Below are positions 25,887 through 41,700 of a stretch of 64,000 nt of DNA, piece after piece (positions within the stretch are counted from its first letter, which is position 1; every line of letters starts with the position of its first letter). The notes under the pieces are model-generated. The model was not told the origin of the DNA, did no database searches, and saw only the letters and a program-made list of their open reading frames with translations. Source of the stretch: the human T2T-CHM13v2.0 reference genome, Homo sapiens. Made by a program: the position numbers and the translations under genes. The stretch lies in assembly GCF_009914755.1 (NCBI RefSeq), contig NC_060939.1; one strand, 5' to 3'.

Positions 25887-27977
25887 TTGGGCATTAGCCA
25901 CCTCTTGCCCTAAGTTTCCAATTTCTGTCAGGGACTAGGGTTACTTTAAAATATCTTTATTTTCATAATTGCTCTCCTTTGCTTTGTATACCCCATAAAA
26001 CCTGCCCTTGTCATACCATGGACTCACCTGGGACCCAGCACTACGGCAACTCTGATCCATAAGTCAAACACATGAACTCTCTGTCCACCTTAAGCACATA
26101 ATCAAGTGACATTTGGCAGGTAGACAGTATTCTAGAAATGTTTGCAGGGGGTTGGTTATCTCATAATCCTTCAAGCTTTATAATTGACTAAAACTTTGTA
26201 AACCTGAAAATGTTTACCCATAAAGACCAGTTTAACTTTTCTAAAATTCTTCAACTCTATGAAAGTAAAAGTATGTTACTTGTGTTTTGGAATAACTAAA
26301 AAGTCACCGATTCTGGTAATATTTGATCCACATTAGCTCTAACAGTATACCTTGATGTTTTTAATTCTTAAACTGATATCTCTTTCTGTTTGGTATGTAA
26401 GCATTTTCCCTGGAGTCATCCATAGAAGGAGGCTCTTATCTTTGCTACTGGATTTAGATATTTTGTTTTTTTTCTTCAGTTTATTGTCAATGTGGTAAGC
26501 CATAATTGTACTGGTAATAAGCATTTACATGACAATTTGCAAATATTAATGAGTAAATCTAGATGACCTGCCTTTAAGATGCTTAAAAAGAAAAGAAGGA
26601 AGCAGTTTAAAATGTCTCTTAATATCATAACCTTATGTTCTTTACCAAGAATTGGGGGGGAAAGGCATTTCCAATGACCTGTACCAAATTCACTCATCAG
26701 TTGGTCATGAACATGTGTAGTTTCCCAGAATAAAGAGGAAAATTCTCAGAGCAATATATTGTGTCAAACTTTTCTTCCCCTCTTACAAGCATTTATTAAG
26801 TTAGATTATAAAATATTATTTAAAGTGGTTAATATGATTCAGAAATTGAAAACATGTTTCTCCATGAGAAAATAAATTGTCATGTAATTTGTTGAGTGTA
26901 CTATTTGCCAGGCACAGTGCTATGCTGCAATCCACATGCATTCCCTCGTTTGGTTCTTACATGAACGTTGTGAGGGCAGTAGTGCCTCCTGCACAGATGA
27001 GGGATTTGAGTCTCCAAGAGGTCAGCTAGCTACTTCCCAAATGTCCCGCAGTGAATCGGTGTCCTTCTTTAGTATTCATGCAAGTTCCATAATACATATT
27101 TATGTCATATGTATTAATCATACCATGGCCCCATGTAATTGTAAAATCATATATGGCAATAGATTAATATAATCCCAAGGTAGAAGACGAACAGAAAAAA
27201 ATATTCTTTTTAATATCAAAAGCAGAACAAATTTTGGTCTTTGTGGAGTACTGAATTTTTCACTTGAGAAACCAGAAAAAAAAATCCAATTTTTTTCTAG
27301 TTTGTGAACTTCTATTGGATGCTTTTCCTAGCAGTTGTCTTCAAGAATGGGCAAGAAAATAACAAGTTGAGCGTACACCATCACTCAAACTCTATAGGAA
27401 CTCCTTGCGTAAGAGTCACATTGTCTGGGGGAGGGCGGGTGCTTACTAAAGAAAAAAAAAGCTTTCTTCACAAAACAGTAATAATCAGGATTCTTAAAGT
27501 ATCTGGAAATATAACAAACACTGCAATCAATGAAGATGTGTTTGGATTCAACTGTCAAACTTCCTGAAGATGAAAAAAATGGTATGTCTTCAGTAATAAC
27601 AATATCTGAATCATACAGTATACATCTGGCAGACATTCTTTCCCAAATGACCCAGCTAATCCAAGTGCATCTCTTCTTAAAAGTACAAAGCAAAACCAAG
27701 TAAAAAGCCTATTAGGAAAAGAGAATAATTTTGCTGTCAGAAAATTCATACTGCTGCAAATCTCTTGGATTCAAGGCACAAAGTAATGAAAGTGAGCCTC
27801 CACTTCTACCACCTTTGAAGGGACTGTGAACAGGCAGGACCTCTCAGGATCTGATGTTGTGAAAGTTACTTTCAAAGGTTAACAACTGTTAGACACTTCT
27901 AAGGGGTCTACCCAGGAAAGCAGCTGGCCAAGGATAGCAGAGATTTTACTTAATATTGTCTTGGGTTCCTTTTCTAG

Positions 27978-28280
27978 TTTTTTTTTTTTTTTTTGAGACG
28001 GAGTCTCACTCTGTCTCCCAGGCTGGAGTGCAGTGGCGCGATCTTGGCTCACTGCCAGCTCCACCTCCCGGGTTTTATGCCATTCTCCTGCCTCAGCCTC
28101 CCAAGGAGCTGGGACTGCAGGCATGCACCACCTACGCCTGGCTAATTTTTTTTTGTATTTTTAGTAGAGATGGGGTTTCGCTGTGTTAGCCAGGATGGTC
28201 TTGAACTCCTGACCTTGTGATCCGCCCGCCTCGGCCTCCCAAAGTGCTGGGATTACAGGCATGAGCCACCACGCCCAGCC
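27978..28280 (-). mobile_element. AluY
   Basis: AluY diagnostics (GCCATTCTCCTGCC, TTAGCCAGGATGGTC). TSD TCCTTTTCTAGTTT at 27967-27980 and 28281-28294. Confidence 0.95.
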
Positions 28281-28648
28281 TCCTTTTCTAGTTTACTTCA
28301 GAGATCTCCGGTTTCTGTATCATGCAAAAATTTTATTTGTGTTTTGAAAGTGCAAAGTTAAGAAATAACAAGCATGGGAAAGAGTAGATAATTAAAGGTT
28401 AGAGTAAGAGAGACTTTTTCAGCCTATCTAGATGTAGCGCCTCCATTTGAATATAAGGAGACCAAGAGTTCTCAGCTTCGGGGATGGGCCCAGGTCACAG
28501 AACCCGTTGGTATAGAACTTGATTCTAGGTGTCTCCCCTCACAGAAAGCTTCTGTGTACCTTGCCTCTATAAAATAAAACATTGCACGTCAGAAATCGAT
28601 AACAATTGCAAAGCTCCATCAAACAAGAACTTTGATAGCAATAGCTAA

Positions 28649-29163
<515 letters not shown>

Positions 29164-30445
29164 TGACTGAGGCTTCCGGCGTAACAAACATGAAATCTAA
29201 TGAAAAGTTAGTTCACTTGGAAAACCTACACTTCAATAAACAATAATATATTGAAACATAGTTATACTTCTAAATTCCATATGCCCAATATTAGTAAAGG
29301 AACCAAATTTTACAACTATTATGTTTCTAACTAGAAAACACAATAGTTTTTACCATTTCATCATGTTTTCCACACTTCTCAAGATTGAAAATACAGATTT
29401 TCTTTGCCCTCATCCCTTGAACATTTCTGTATGTTTTAGGTGCTTAGTGGAAAGTGTTGAGGTATATCTTTATAGTGGAAAACAGCACTGTGAATATGTG
29501 GCACACCTTTACAGCTAATTTGTCCTGCTACACATTTAAACCAAGAAGTTCTATAAAATTTGGTCATATAAAGGAATCCTGGCCAAAAAAAAAAAAAGTG
29601 CAGGTGTATTTATTATTACAGATACAGTGAAGCCAAGATAGTTATGTAGCTTAAAGAGAATGCCTCCATCCTAAGGGCACAAAAGCAATGAACATAGCAG
29701 TGCATTTTTCCCCGTAAACCCTTTACCAAATGTCCATTAAAATGCATGCCGAATGCCATAAGTCCATTCCGTTCTTGCCCTATAATTAACAATTTATCCA
29801 GTTATTTTTCAACAACAAACATCTTTATAAACGTCCGATACAGAGAACTGGGATTATTGAAAGCAAGTTCTGACAATTCCATATTCTTATCTTATGCCGC
29901 ATAAATGCAGGTCATCAAAATCCTCAACAGAAGCATGTTTTCCCTTAAGGTAAGCATCTGGAGCTGGCAGCCCAGAGAAAAATCCTGAACTTCATTGGCC
30001 TCAAAGATCCTGTGTTCATTCCACATATCCTGAATTTTACTGCTGTCACATTAACTCTGCCTCAGCCCTCTGAGTATAGGAGTGCTTTTGAAAATAACAT
30101 CAACTTTGCCAATAGAAAGAAGACTGCAGTCAGTGCCCAACACCCCAGAAACCTTATTAGGTAGGTTCCCCGATGCTGCAAGGTGCAAAACAATGCATTG
30201 CCACACAGATGAAAAATTGCTGCCATTTGAACAGTGCTTTAGGAGTTTACAGGGCAGTTTTACATTACTTAGGTGCTTTAATGCTCATCTCCTCCTCTAC
30301 ACAGCCTCAGCTGAGCCTTGGTGCTGGGCCATTGCCCTCGGGTCTAGCTGGAACCTCTTTGCCTCAATGCTTCTCAAGGTCTACCTAGTCACCCTGCCAG
30401 ATTCTGATGATGGCTGGATATTCTTGATTTATTTTACTCTTGGCT

Positions 30446-30960
30446 CCTGTCTGAGGTGGAGTTCTCCAGGACACAGACACTGAGATGAAAGTAGGTGTGA
30501 GAGAGGTTTACTGGGGAAGAATACCTGTGAAAAGAAAAGGATGGAAGCAGGATGGGGCAGGTGGGGCTGTCACAGTATTGGGCACGTCTCCACCAGCCTT
30601 GAAGCATCTTCAAGCAAAGATTGAAATTTCCTGAGGGGCAGAACTGGAATTGGACAGCCCCTTGCATCATTATGACATATCATATAATCTATGTTTCAGA
30701 CTTAATTAAAACATAAAGGGATATATCTTTTTGATAATGCTACAAGTTACCTTTCCCCACAATAGCTACTTCTTTTCAGGCTTTTTCCTCATGCATTGGT
30801 CGGGAATCACCTGCAAAGGATCTGCCCCTGGCTATCCCCGCCTTGCTGGGTCATTGACCAGGGACACCTGAGAATAGCAAGGCCTCAGCTGTCAGGTAAC
30901 TACAATGCTGGTGGCTGAGCAGCTGGGACAGAACCAGGTCAATGCGTCTCCATGTCTACC
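30446..30960 (-). mobile_element. LTR16-like ERVL LTR, degraded
   Basis: GTTCTCCAGGACACAGACACTGAGATG...GAGGTTTACTGGGGAAG...ACCTGTG. Confidence 0.5.
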
Positions 30961-33900
30961 TCGGCTCCCAGCCTCTAGATCTTTTTGAGAAAGTCACTTT
31001 TCACCCAGATTTGATGGGAGCTTGCAAGTAAACCTGGAAACAGAGGTAGGCTAGTTAAGCTTAGGTATCTACATCTTTTTAACAAAAAATTAAAGAGCAA
31101 TAAGGTGAAGTGACATGCCCCAAAGCATACAAACTTGTAAGGGGCAGAACCAGAATAAAATAAGATAGAGCTGCGGAGCTACTTACTACACAGTTTCCTT
31201 TATAAAACAATATTTGCCAGCTGTTATCAAGGCTGTTGACAATGTGCCTGGCTCTAGGCTACAAGCATTATATATAGGCATATCATTTAATCTTCACAAT
31301 CACAGTGAGATAATATTCATAATCTCTATGTCACTGATGAGAAAATGGACTCTTGCAGAGGATAAAGGATTTTTCCCCAAGTACATAGCCAGTCGTGAGA
31401 GAAATAAGACTTGGACCCAAGTGTGGCCCCAGCACCTGTCACCTTTAATAGCATGTTATCCTTCCTCACCATGACCATCATAGCTGTGCTTGTGTATTTC
31501 AAATGTAAGTGCCCAATTACCTGGATATTGTTTCAGAGCATGTTCTTTTGGCTTCTGTCAAATGTAACATTTCGAGGGCTAGCAGTCCAGGAAACTGTTT
31601 GTATACTACAAAACACTAAATGAAGGAAAATGGCCACCTTCTATTTTAAGAAAGATAGCTCAGTTAAACACACCTTAAGTTTGCAGCAAAAAGCACACAT
31701 TCACATCTTTCTAGACACCAAAAAAATGATGAAAATAAGAAAACCATGTCAGAGATTCTTAAAGCACAAAATACTGTGTAGCATGTGAGCATGCCAGTTT
31801 CCTAATACCTGTTATACTGATGCAATAATAAAATATTGTTAGTTATAAGTAAATTGGATTCTCTTCAGCTTTTGCAGCCAAGATTGACCTCTTAAGCTAA
31901 AGGCTTGGTAGGCCTGAGACTTTAATAAACACTCACCGATGAATGTTCACATTCCTTAACAGTATTATTTTTCACATCAACCAGAAAGCACATCCAACAG
32001 TCACCAAATTTATTAACATCTTTTAATAGCAATCTGCATATGGTATAAAGGTGAAACAAGTGAACTTACAAAGATGCAGAATTCTGATCAACCACTTTCA
32101 TAGAAAGATCTACATGTTCTTCAAGGTTGGTCTCACAGCAAAGCAGGCAATAGAAAAGAGGTATTTGCCAAGCATTGATAAGAAATCAACCCAAACTTAA
32201 AAATGGAGTAGACATTTCAGGGGTTTACTATATTAGCATGATCAGAAAAGTAAAGACTGAAATTATTGTGGGGAAAGGTAACTTGTAGCATTATCAAAAA
32301 GATATATCACTTTATGTTTTAATTAAATCTGAAACAGATTATATGACATCTCATAAGACTGTTAAAGGGTTACATTTGTGCTTTAAAGTGCAAGAAATAA
32401 TTCTGACTGTTTAAAATGAATTCTCTCCTTTTTATGTTTTTACTAACTCTATCCTACAAAGTATGTATTTCTAAAATTAAGAACTCACAAATCCTCTTCT
32501 GGGTTCATTCTATACATATGTTTATTTCCCTTTAATTTGATGGGGCCAAGCTGTGGTGAAAACAGCTCTTCCTCCCCCAAAAAGGCAAAGATCAGCAGTA
32601 GGACCACACGGCAAAACTCTGGTAACAGCCAACAATATCACAGTGCCATTTAAGCAAAAGATTCCATCACGCTAAAGCGAGTAAAGCATTTTCTCTAAGG
32701 TGGATGCACAGATACCCCATTGTCCCTATAGTATACCATGGAGACCCTGCATAGGAGGACTCTGCGTGTGTTCCTTTTCATTTTAGGCACGATTCTAAAA
32801 AAGCAAGTCTCTGATTCCTGCTTACTGACACACCCAGACCCTTGCCCTGTACTCTAAGCATACGGTCTCTTCCATGAGCACTCAGTGAAGAGCTATGTTT
32901 AACTATTAGTCCGCACCATGGCATGAATAGTGAACCCCTTGAAGTTTGAGATTATGTCTAATTTCCCTATACATCATCTGAACATAGCTCCATTACTTGC
33001 ATACACAGATTACAAAGAGTTCAATGAATGTTTGCTGACTGGGTGTGCTGGGAGCTAGTAAATTGAAAGGAGCTACAAAAGACAACGAGAAGGAGAATGT
33101 GATGTCATCAATCTGATGAAAATGGAAGGCAGAGGAAAACCATTAGAAGTGCTCACAAGAACTCTTTTCTTTAAAAGGAAACATGTCTAGTTAGAAATTT
33201 AGAAAACAGGTACATGTTAACTAAAAATAAATTGAAAGCTTACCCTCAATCCTGACACTTGGAGGTAATTTAGCGTGTTAGTAGTTGTTCCTCATGTTGG
33301 TATTTATGGTTTGGTCTTATTCTCTCTTTTTCTCTTGTGTTTTTATAATACTGAAAGAATATGTTGTACTTCATCCTTCTTCCCCTTATACTACATATTA
33401 CAAGCATCTATTCATGTTATTACATAGTCTCCCATATCAATTTTTATGGATATATTTCACTACTAATTGTGACATAATTTAGTCAAAACCACCTCCTGTT
33501 TGGGGACACCATTCTAGGGAATTTTTACTTTTCCATTATTATGAAAACCGAGGTAGCTACTCTTATGGGTGGTGGTGTTATTTTTAATCATCATTGGCTG
33601 AGTCTATTTAATGAGAGATGGATAATTAGAGACACTGAAGGTATCCTTGTTATATAGATAAAGTCACGCACATAATAACAACCTGCATCCTACAAAAACA
33701 AAAATGATTACATTTATTTGGATTACTCATTCTTTTCTCCTTTGCTAGGCACTGGAAATACCTAGATGTTATCAAAAAGACAAAAGACAAAAGATAAGTA
33801 TTGGTGAGGATGAGTGCTATGGTCAATCCTCATATTATACTCCATAATCAATAGAGGAAAACCATGTACTTCAAAAAGCTTTCTACTTATAAGTACTAAA

Positions 33901-34061
33901 GTGAAGAAAACCCTGGCTTACAACCCTGGGAGGATAAAAGAAGACATCGTGGCATCCGTGAACATATGACATGGGAAGGGGTGATACTGAGCCTCAGTGA
34001 GAAGAAAGAATCATGCACTAATGCCATGGAAAGTTACAATACTGAGTATTCTATCTTTCAT

Positions 34062-35155
34062 GTTTCTTTCAGCTTTATTGATGTATACTCTAGAAACAAA
34101 AATTGTATAGATTTAAGTATACAATGTGAAGCTTGGATATGTGTACATATTGTGAAATAATTACCACATCAAGCAAATTAACACATCTATCTATCTCAAA
34201 AAAGTTTTTTTTCCTTCAGTGGTGAAGACACTTAAGATCAACTTTCTTAGCAAATTTCAAGTATGCAATATAGTATTGTTAACTCAAGATGCTGTGCTAT
34301 ACATTAGGCCTCCACAACTTATTCATCTCTAGTAATTGAATCTTTGTACCATTTGACCAATACCTCCATCACTTACCCCTTCTCCCACACCCTAGCAACC
34401 ACAATTCTATTCTCTGCTTTTATAAGTTTGACTTTTTTAGATTCTACATATAAGTGAGATCATGTAGTATTTGTCTTTCTGTTTCTGGCTTATTTCACTT
34501 AGCATAATGTCCTCCAGGTTCATCCATGTTATTGCAAATGGCAAGATTCCCTTTTTTATTTCAAGGTTAATCAGTACACACACACACACAGAGTACCGCA
34601 ATTTCTTTATCCATTCATCTACTTCTGGACACTTAGGTTGCCTCTGTATTTTGTAAATAATGCTGCCATGAACACAGGAGTGTAGGTATATCTTTGACAT
34701 ACTGATTTTATTTCCTTTGGATATATACCCAGAAGTGGGACTGCTGGGTCATGTGGTAGTTCTAGTTTTAATTTTGTGAGGAACCTCCATACTGTTTTCT
34801 ATATTGACTATGCTAATTGATAGTCCCACCAACAGTGTACTAGGGTTCCTTTTCCTCCACCTCTTCACCAATACTTATCTTTTGTCTTTGTCTTTTTGAT
34901 AACCCCTATCTAACAGGAGTGGTTTTGATTTGTGTTTCTCTGATGATTAGTGATGTGGAGCACCTTTTTATATACCTGCTGACCATTTGCATATCTTCTT
35001 TTGAGGAATGTCTATTCAGGTCCTTAGCCAATTTTTAAATTGGGGTTATTTTATTTTATTTTTGCTACTGAGTTGTTTGATGTATACATATATATATATA
35101 CATATACTACCATATATATATATGATATTAACTTCCTATCAGATATATAATTTGC
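34062..35155 (-). mobile_element. L1MA-type 3' end
   Basis: TAAGTGAGATCATGTAGTATTTGTCTTTCTG, ATATACCCAGAAGTGGGACTGCTGG, GAGGAACCTCCATACTGTTTT. Confidence 0.9.
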
Positions 35156-36801
35156 TATTCTATCTTGCACAAATTGTATGGCTCATTGCAATTGGTTTGC
35201 ACTTTCATCACATCTGATTAATAGTATCACTCAGTCTTCCCAGGATCAGATTATCCCAACTTCCGCATAGAAAACCTGAGTTTTATGCGCCTATGCTTGT
35301 TAACACTCTTCACCTTCTATCTGGCAGGAGTAATTGTAGATATTTATTTGCATATAAATAATAGTTGAAAGGAGTCTTACAGATACTCTGTATTTTCTCT
35401 ATTTTAAAAAGCCTTTTTTTTTTTCTTTTTTGTAAAGGTTTAACAACACAAAGAGCCAATCTGTGATAATAAGACAGGCATTTCTTTATTCAGGAAAAAA
35501 TGTATAGAAGACACAATTCGTCTCAAAGTGAAATAGAGATTTATGGTACATATTATAGAAAGTGAGGGTAAAAACAATGGCAAACATTACATGACTCATT
35601 CACTTTGAAACATCTTTCTTCCTACTTTTAATGCTATTAAGGGACTAGAATTGTATTCCTTTCCAGATCCTATCTAGGAGTTATAGGGGAAGCCATATCC
35701 TTGAAAAGAGACAGTGAATACATGAAAATCTGCTTTGTGTACATCTCTGGAATATTAATATTTGACACAGACAATGGATCTTTCTTCAAATTCAGATAAA
35801 ATGCTATGCAAACAGAGCTTCCATACAAGTCTAAGAATAGCTCCCACCATAACCCCATCAGATTACCATCCTCAGTGTATTTTATATAGACTTGCTAGGG
35901 CTCTAACTGAAAACCAAAAATACTGGGGGAATCAAAAAATCTAGAACTATATTTTAAAGTTTTAATGGAGATAATTTCTATATAGAAATACAAATTGCCG
36001 GAATTAACACAAGAGATATTTTTAAATGTAGAGATGAATAAGAATAAAAGAAATCATTTTACAACTTAAATTGTCCCAGGAGGTAGCAGAAGAAGAAAAC
36101 TTGCAGACAACTTTTACAACACTGCAATAATGCTGATAACAAAACTTAATATATACTGTCAGGTGAAGAAAGGTTACAGTACATCATATCCCTGATTGGG
36201 TGATTATTTTACTAGTATACAAAAAAGAAACATCAGAAAGAAAGATATATCATTGGGGTTCACATCTGAAATGTAAAGATATGCAGGATCTAACTCCAGA
36301 AATTCTGATTCAGTTGGTTCAGGATCTGACTCAGACACATGGGAGATGCTAATGTACAGCCATGTTGGAGACTACTGGGATAGTTGGTCTGATTCAAAGT
36401 CACGTTATATATTTTTTAAAGGCAAAGGATTATTTTAAAAATGAAATTATCACATAAAAATTAAATCATAGGGAAGCATTTGCTAACACATCATTAAAGC
36501 CCGAAAGTCTAAAAGAAAAAAAATTGCTCCATTTGACTATATAAAAATTGTTTTATTCGTCAAAGAAAAATCGCCATTGACAAAGATTTAGTAGCCCTGA
36601 AATATAAATATAAAAGATTCTTATGAATAAATCAGAGGAAGATCAAAATCCCAACTTATGTTGGAAAAAAATGAAGAGCAAAGAACCTGCAGTTGTATTT
36701 TATATTAAAATATACAAATGGTCATTAAATATACAAAAGTCTCTTACACACACACACACCAGTAGTAGAAGCAATGCAAAATAAAATAACAATAGGTAGC
36801 A

Positions 36802-37079
36802 TTTTTTTTGAGACAGGAGTTTCGCTCTTGTCGTCCAGGCTGGAGTGCAATGGCACGATCTCAGCTCACTGAAACCTCCGCCTCCCAGGTTCAAGGGTTC
36901 TCCTGCCTCAGCCTCCTGAGTATCTGGGATTAGAGGAGCCCGCCACCATACTGAGCTATTTTTTGTATTTTTAGTAGAGACGGGGTTTCACCATGTTGGC
37001 CAGGCTGGTCTCGAACTCCTGACCTCAAGTGATCTTCCCAAAGTGCTGGGACTACAGGCGTGAGCCACCTCTCCTGGTC
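36802..37079 (-). mobile_element. AluSp/Sq with a short left-arm deletion
   Basis: GAGTTTCGCTCTTGTC diagnostic. TSD ATAGGTAGCATTTTT at 36792-36806 and 37080-37094. Confidence 0.93.
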
Positions 37080-37424
37080 ATAGGTAGCATTTTTAATGGA
37101 ATAATGAAATTGTAAAGTAAAATGATTAAGAACATGGGCTTAAGGTTTGCAACTTCATTCTACCATTTACTAGCTACACGGTCCACAGGCAAGTTATTCA
37201 ACTTCTCTGTTTTGTCATCAGTAAAAGGATTGTTGTAAGGATGAAATAAGTTTTCATATATGTAGTACCTATAACAGTACCCAGCCCACGGTAAGTGCCA
37301 TTTAGCATTTTCTGTTGCTCACGCAAACGTTAAAAGCTTACTATTGTTGGCGAGAGTAAGGGGAAATATTCTCCTCGTGTGCTAGGGGTTAAACAAAGTC
37401 ATACATTTATACTGAAGCACTAAT

Positions 37425-38210
<786 letters not shown>

Positions 38211-38215
38211 TCAGT

Positions 38216-38418
38216 TAGTGGTATGCTGGTAAATGTTTTAAAAACAGCTTTCCAGGGAAAAGAAAGTGATCTGTAGCATTTGCCAAACTCCATGGTGTGT
38301 ATATCCTACCATGGCCAATTTCAGTATACTAAAGTGAAGTCACTGGAGGCGGAGTTAGTAAGAGATGAGCACCACTGGCTCTCTCCTACGTCAGCGCTGG
38401 CCAGCTCTAGTACATTGC
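38216..38418 (-). mobile_element. MER63A-like hAT element
   Basis: AGTGGTATGCTGGTAAATGTTT; TGTAGCATTTGCCAA; ACCATGGCCAATTTCA. Confidence 0.65.
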
Positions 38419-38434
38419 AGCCACAAGAAAGTAA

Positions 38435-38792
<358 letters not shown>

Positions 38793-39095
38793 TAAGGAAA
38801 CAAAAGTAGAAGGAGAAAGGCCAGATAGACAGTGTGTTGTTAAGTAATACAGACAATAAATCAAAGTGACTCAGACTATGTTGGTAACACTGGAGAGTAA
38901 TAAAAGCAAATGCCTACACAGTGTTTCTGAGGGCTAGACCCTGTTTTTAACCTTTTACATATTAACTCGTTTAATTCTCACAGCTTCCTATAAGTGAAAT
39001 ACTTTTATCCTCCTTATATAAATGAGGACACAAACATGGAGAAGTTACTAACTTGCTCAAAGCTAGAAAGAATGAAGGTGATTCGATGTCAATGA

Positions 39096-39528
39096 CAGTT
39101 AACCCTTGAAGAACATGTGTTTGAACAACACAGATCCACTTGTATGTAGATTTCCCTCTGCTTCTGCCACTCCTGAAACAGTAAAAGCAACCCCCCACTT
39201 CCTCCTCCTCACCTACTCAGTGTAAAGACAAGGATGAAGACCTTCATGATGATCCACTTCCACTTAATGAAGAGTAAATATATTTTCTCTTTTTTATAAT
39301 TTTCTTAATGACATTTTTTCTCTAGCTTACTTTTTTAAAGAATACAGTATGTGATGCATATAAAATACAAAATATGTGTTAATGAACTGTTTATGTTATC
39401 CATAAGGCTTCCAGTCAACAGGAGGCTATTAGTAGTGAAGTTTTGAGGAAGTAAAAAAAGTATACACGGACTATCAATTACAAGGGGTGTTGGCACCCCT
39501 AATACCCATGCTGTCCAAGGGTCAATTG
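39096..39528 (+). mobile_element. Tigger2a
   Basis: TIRs CAGTTAACCCTTGAA / CAAGGGTCAATTG-TA. Internal GATGATCCACTTCCACTTAATGAA. Confidence 0.9.
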
Positions 39529-40796
39529 TAATTTGATTGGCTCCACCGTATTGCCTTTCAGGTGTAGGCAACCAAGTGGCAACTGAACAGATACACCAAT
39601 TATATCCACAAATTCAAGATGGGTTTTAAAGGTAGAGTCAATAGAATTTTCTAATGAATTGGGTAAACATTTAATCAGTTCAGTTCTTATTGTACTCCTA
39701 TAGTTACAGTGCTATTGTTTTCATTTTCAAGATACTGCATTGGACTATGAGTTGAGGTACTTTATCCCCTATGGTGATAGGATTATACTCCTCTCTATCC
39801 CACTAATAACTATAAATTATTATTTTTGTATATTTGGGGTAAGTGTAATATGCACGGTATTTTTTCTAATATATGGGGAAAATAGTTACACTTTTCTATT
39901 TAACATTCTAGAAACAAGCATTGTGTTTTCAATTTTTCTTAATCCCACAATAAATAGTACTGAAACCTCCAAACTGAGGATCTTGGATATCAGTACATAT
40001 TTGAATGCTTCTCATTTGGAATTTCTGAAAATCACCCAGACTACTGTTTCTCAAGCGAATTATGCATACAAATCACATGAAACTATTTTTAAAATGTGGT
40101 TTCTGATTCTGTAGGTCTGGAGACAGGAATTTCTGAATGGCTGGGTGATGAAGTTGAAAAACTGTTGCATAAAGCAGTGTTAAAACTGTAACAATTTGCC
40201 AAAAATTACTATTTAAAGACTTTGGGAATTGACCAAAGAACATATAACAAAATTTAGAAGCACTTATCTGAGAAAATCTACTGTGACATTTTAGCTAGGA
40301 ATTTTTCCCATCTCTGCACCCCCACTCACCAATAGTATGGAGCAGAAGTTCCATCCAGACAGGCAGGACAGATCATAATGCCTGGAAGCTCTGCTCCCTG
40401 CTAGAGGAGAACTTGCAGCATTTGGAGCAGATAGTGGAAAATCCTCTTGTTGAAAACAAGAAAGCTACGAGTGGCAAACGTAACATAAACAGGGAAGGAT
40501 AACATCAGCCTCAGGTCCGTCCTAGTTGGGAGATTTCACAGAACAGCAAAGCAGCCAGAAATGTAACAGGAAGATTTAGCTAAATGAGACGGACAAAAGG
40601 AACCCTGTTGAGATCCCACTTACACCTGGTCATCTGGAAGCCTATACACATGCACAAAGCTGTGTGTCCCTGCTTAGGAGAAACCACAGAAGGCTCTAGT
40701 GAGCTACCCACCACTGGCTTAAAATAAGACCTTGCAAATGCAGAACATATAAACCAAGGCATATTTGTAAGCTCCCTGGACTTTGAAAACATTCCC

Positions 40797-41292
40797 CAAG
40801 ATGGCCCCAATTCTCCCTAACTTCCAGTATTCACATTCTTATGTGATTCCCTCCCTTGAGTATGGGCACGACTCGTGAATTGCTTCTAACAAATAGAGTA
40901 TTGCAAAAATGACAGAATGTCACTTCCTGGATTATGTTACATAACATTTTAATGTCTATATTTCTAGGAAACTCTCTCCCTTTCTGGTTTTGATGGAATA
41001 AGTTTCTATATTGTACGCTGCCCTGTACAGAGGCCTGTGTGGCAAGGAACTGAGGAAGGCTTCTAGCTTATAGTTAGCAACAAACTGAGGCCATCAGTCT
41101 TGTAACCTACAAGGAACTGAATTCTGGTAACAACCATGTCAACTTAGAAGTGCATCTTTCACCAGCTGAGCCTTGAGGTGAGACTTCAGCCCTAGCCAAT
41201 ACATTGATGGCAACTTTATGAATTTCTGAAGCAGAAAATATAGCCAAGTCAAGTCCAAACCCCTGACTCACAGAAACTTTGAGATAATAAAA
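40797..41292 (+). mobile_element. MLT1E/F-like MaLR LTR
   Basis: AAGATGGCCCC; TGCTTCTAACAAATAGA; GTGGCAAGGAACTGAGG; ACAGAAACTTTGAGATAATAAA. Confidence 0.8.
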
Positions 41293-41700
41293 GAAAAAGA
41301 ATGGATAGGCCACATAGGGGTAGGAGTGGTGGGGAACTGTGGAGTGGAGCCGCTCCCAGATACAAGATCTCCTGATCCTCAAGTGGCACCCTGTTGAGGA
41401 TTTACCTTCCATCCATGGGGAAGTAGAAGCCAAGGGCGTATTCTATAGAGGAGGGCAACTACCTCTCAGCTTGAACTCAGGACTCTAATCATTCCTCAAG
41501 TCCTGGCATGTAACAGGGGCACTGTGGGGAACGAGCCATGCTCCCTTTAGGTTCATCAGCATTTAGCCAGGAAGAGTCACACATGACTGTGCTGGACCAA
41601 GGAAAGCCTGCAGTTTCATATTCTAGATGGTGTGTGTGTACACGTACTCATGCACACACCACAGGGTGAATTAAAAGGGCTCAGTCACAGAATAACTATG

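Noticed and set aside
26028-26203. Minus-strand candidate exon with a perfect CAG|GTGAGT donor
   Set aside because: Weak acceptor, no coding signal and no partner exons. Such a donor is expected by chance in 64 kb.
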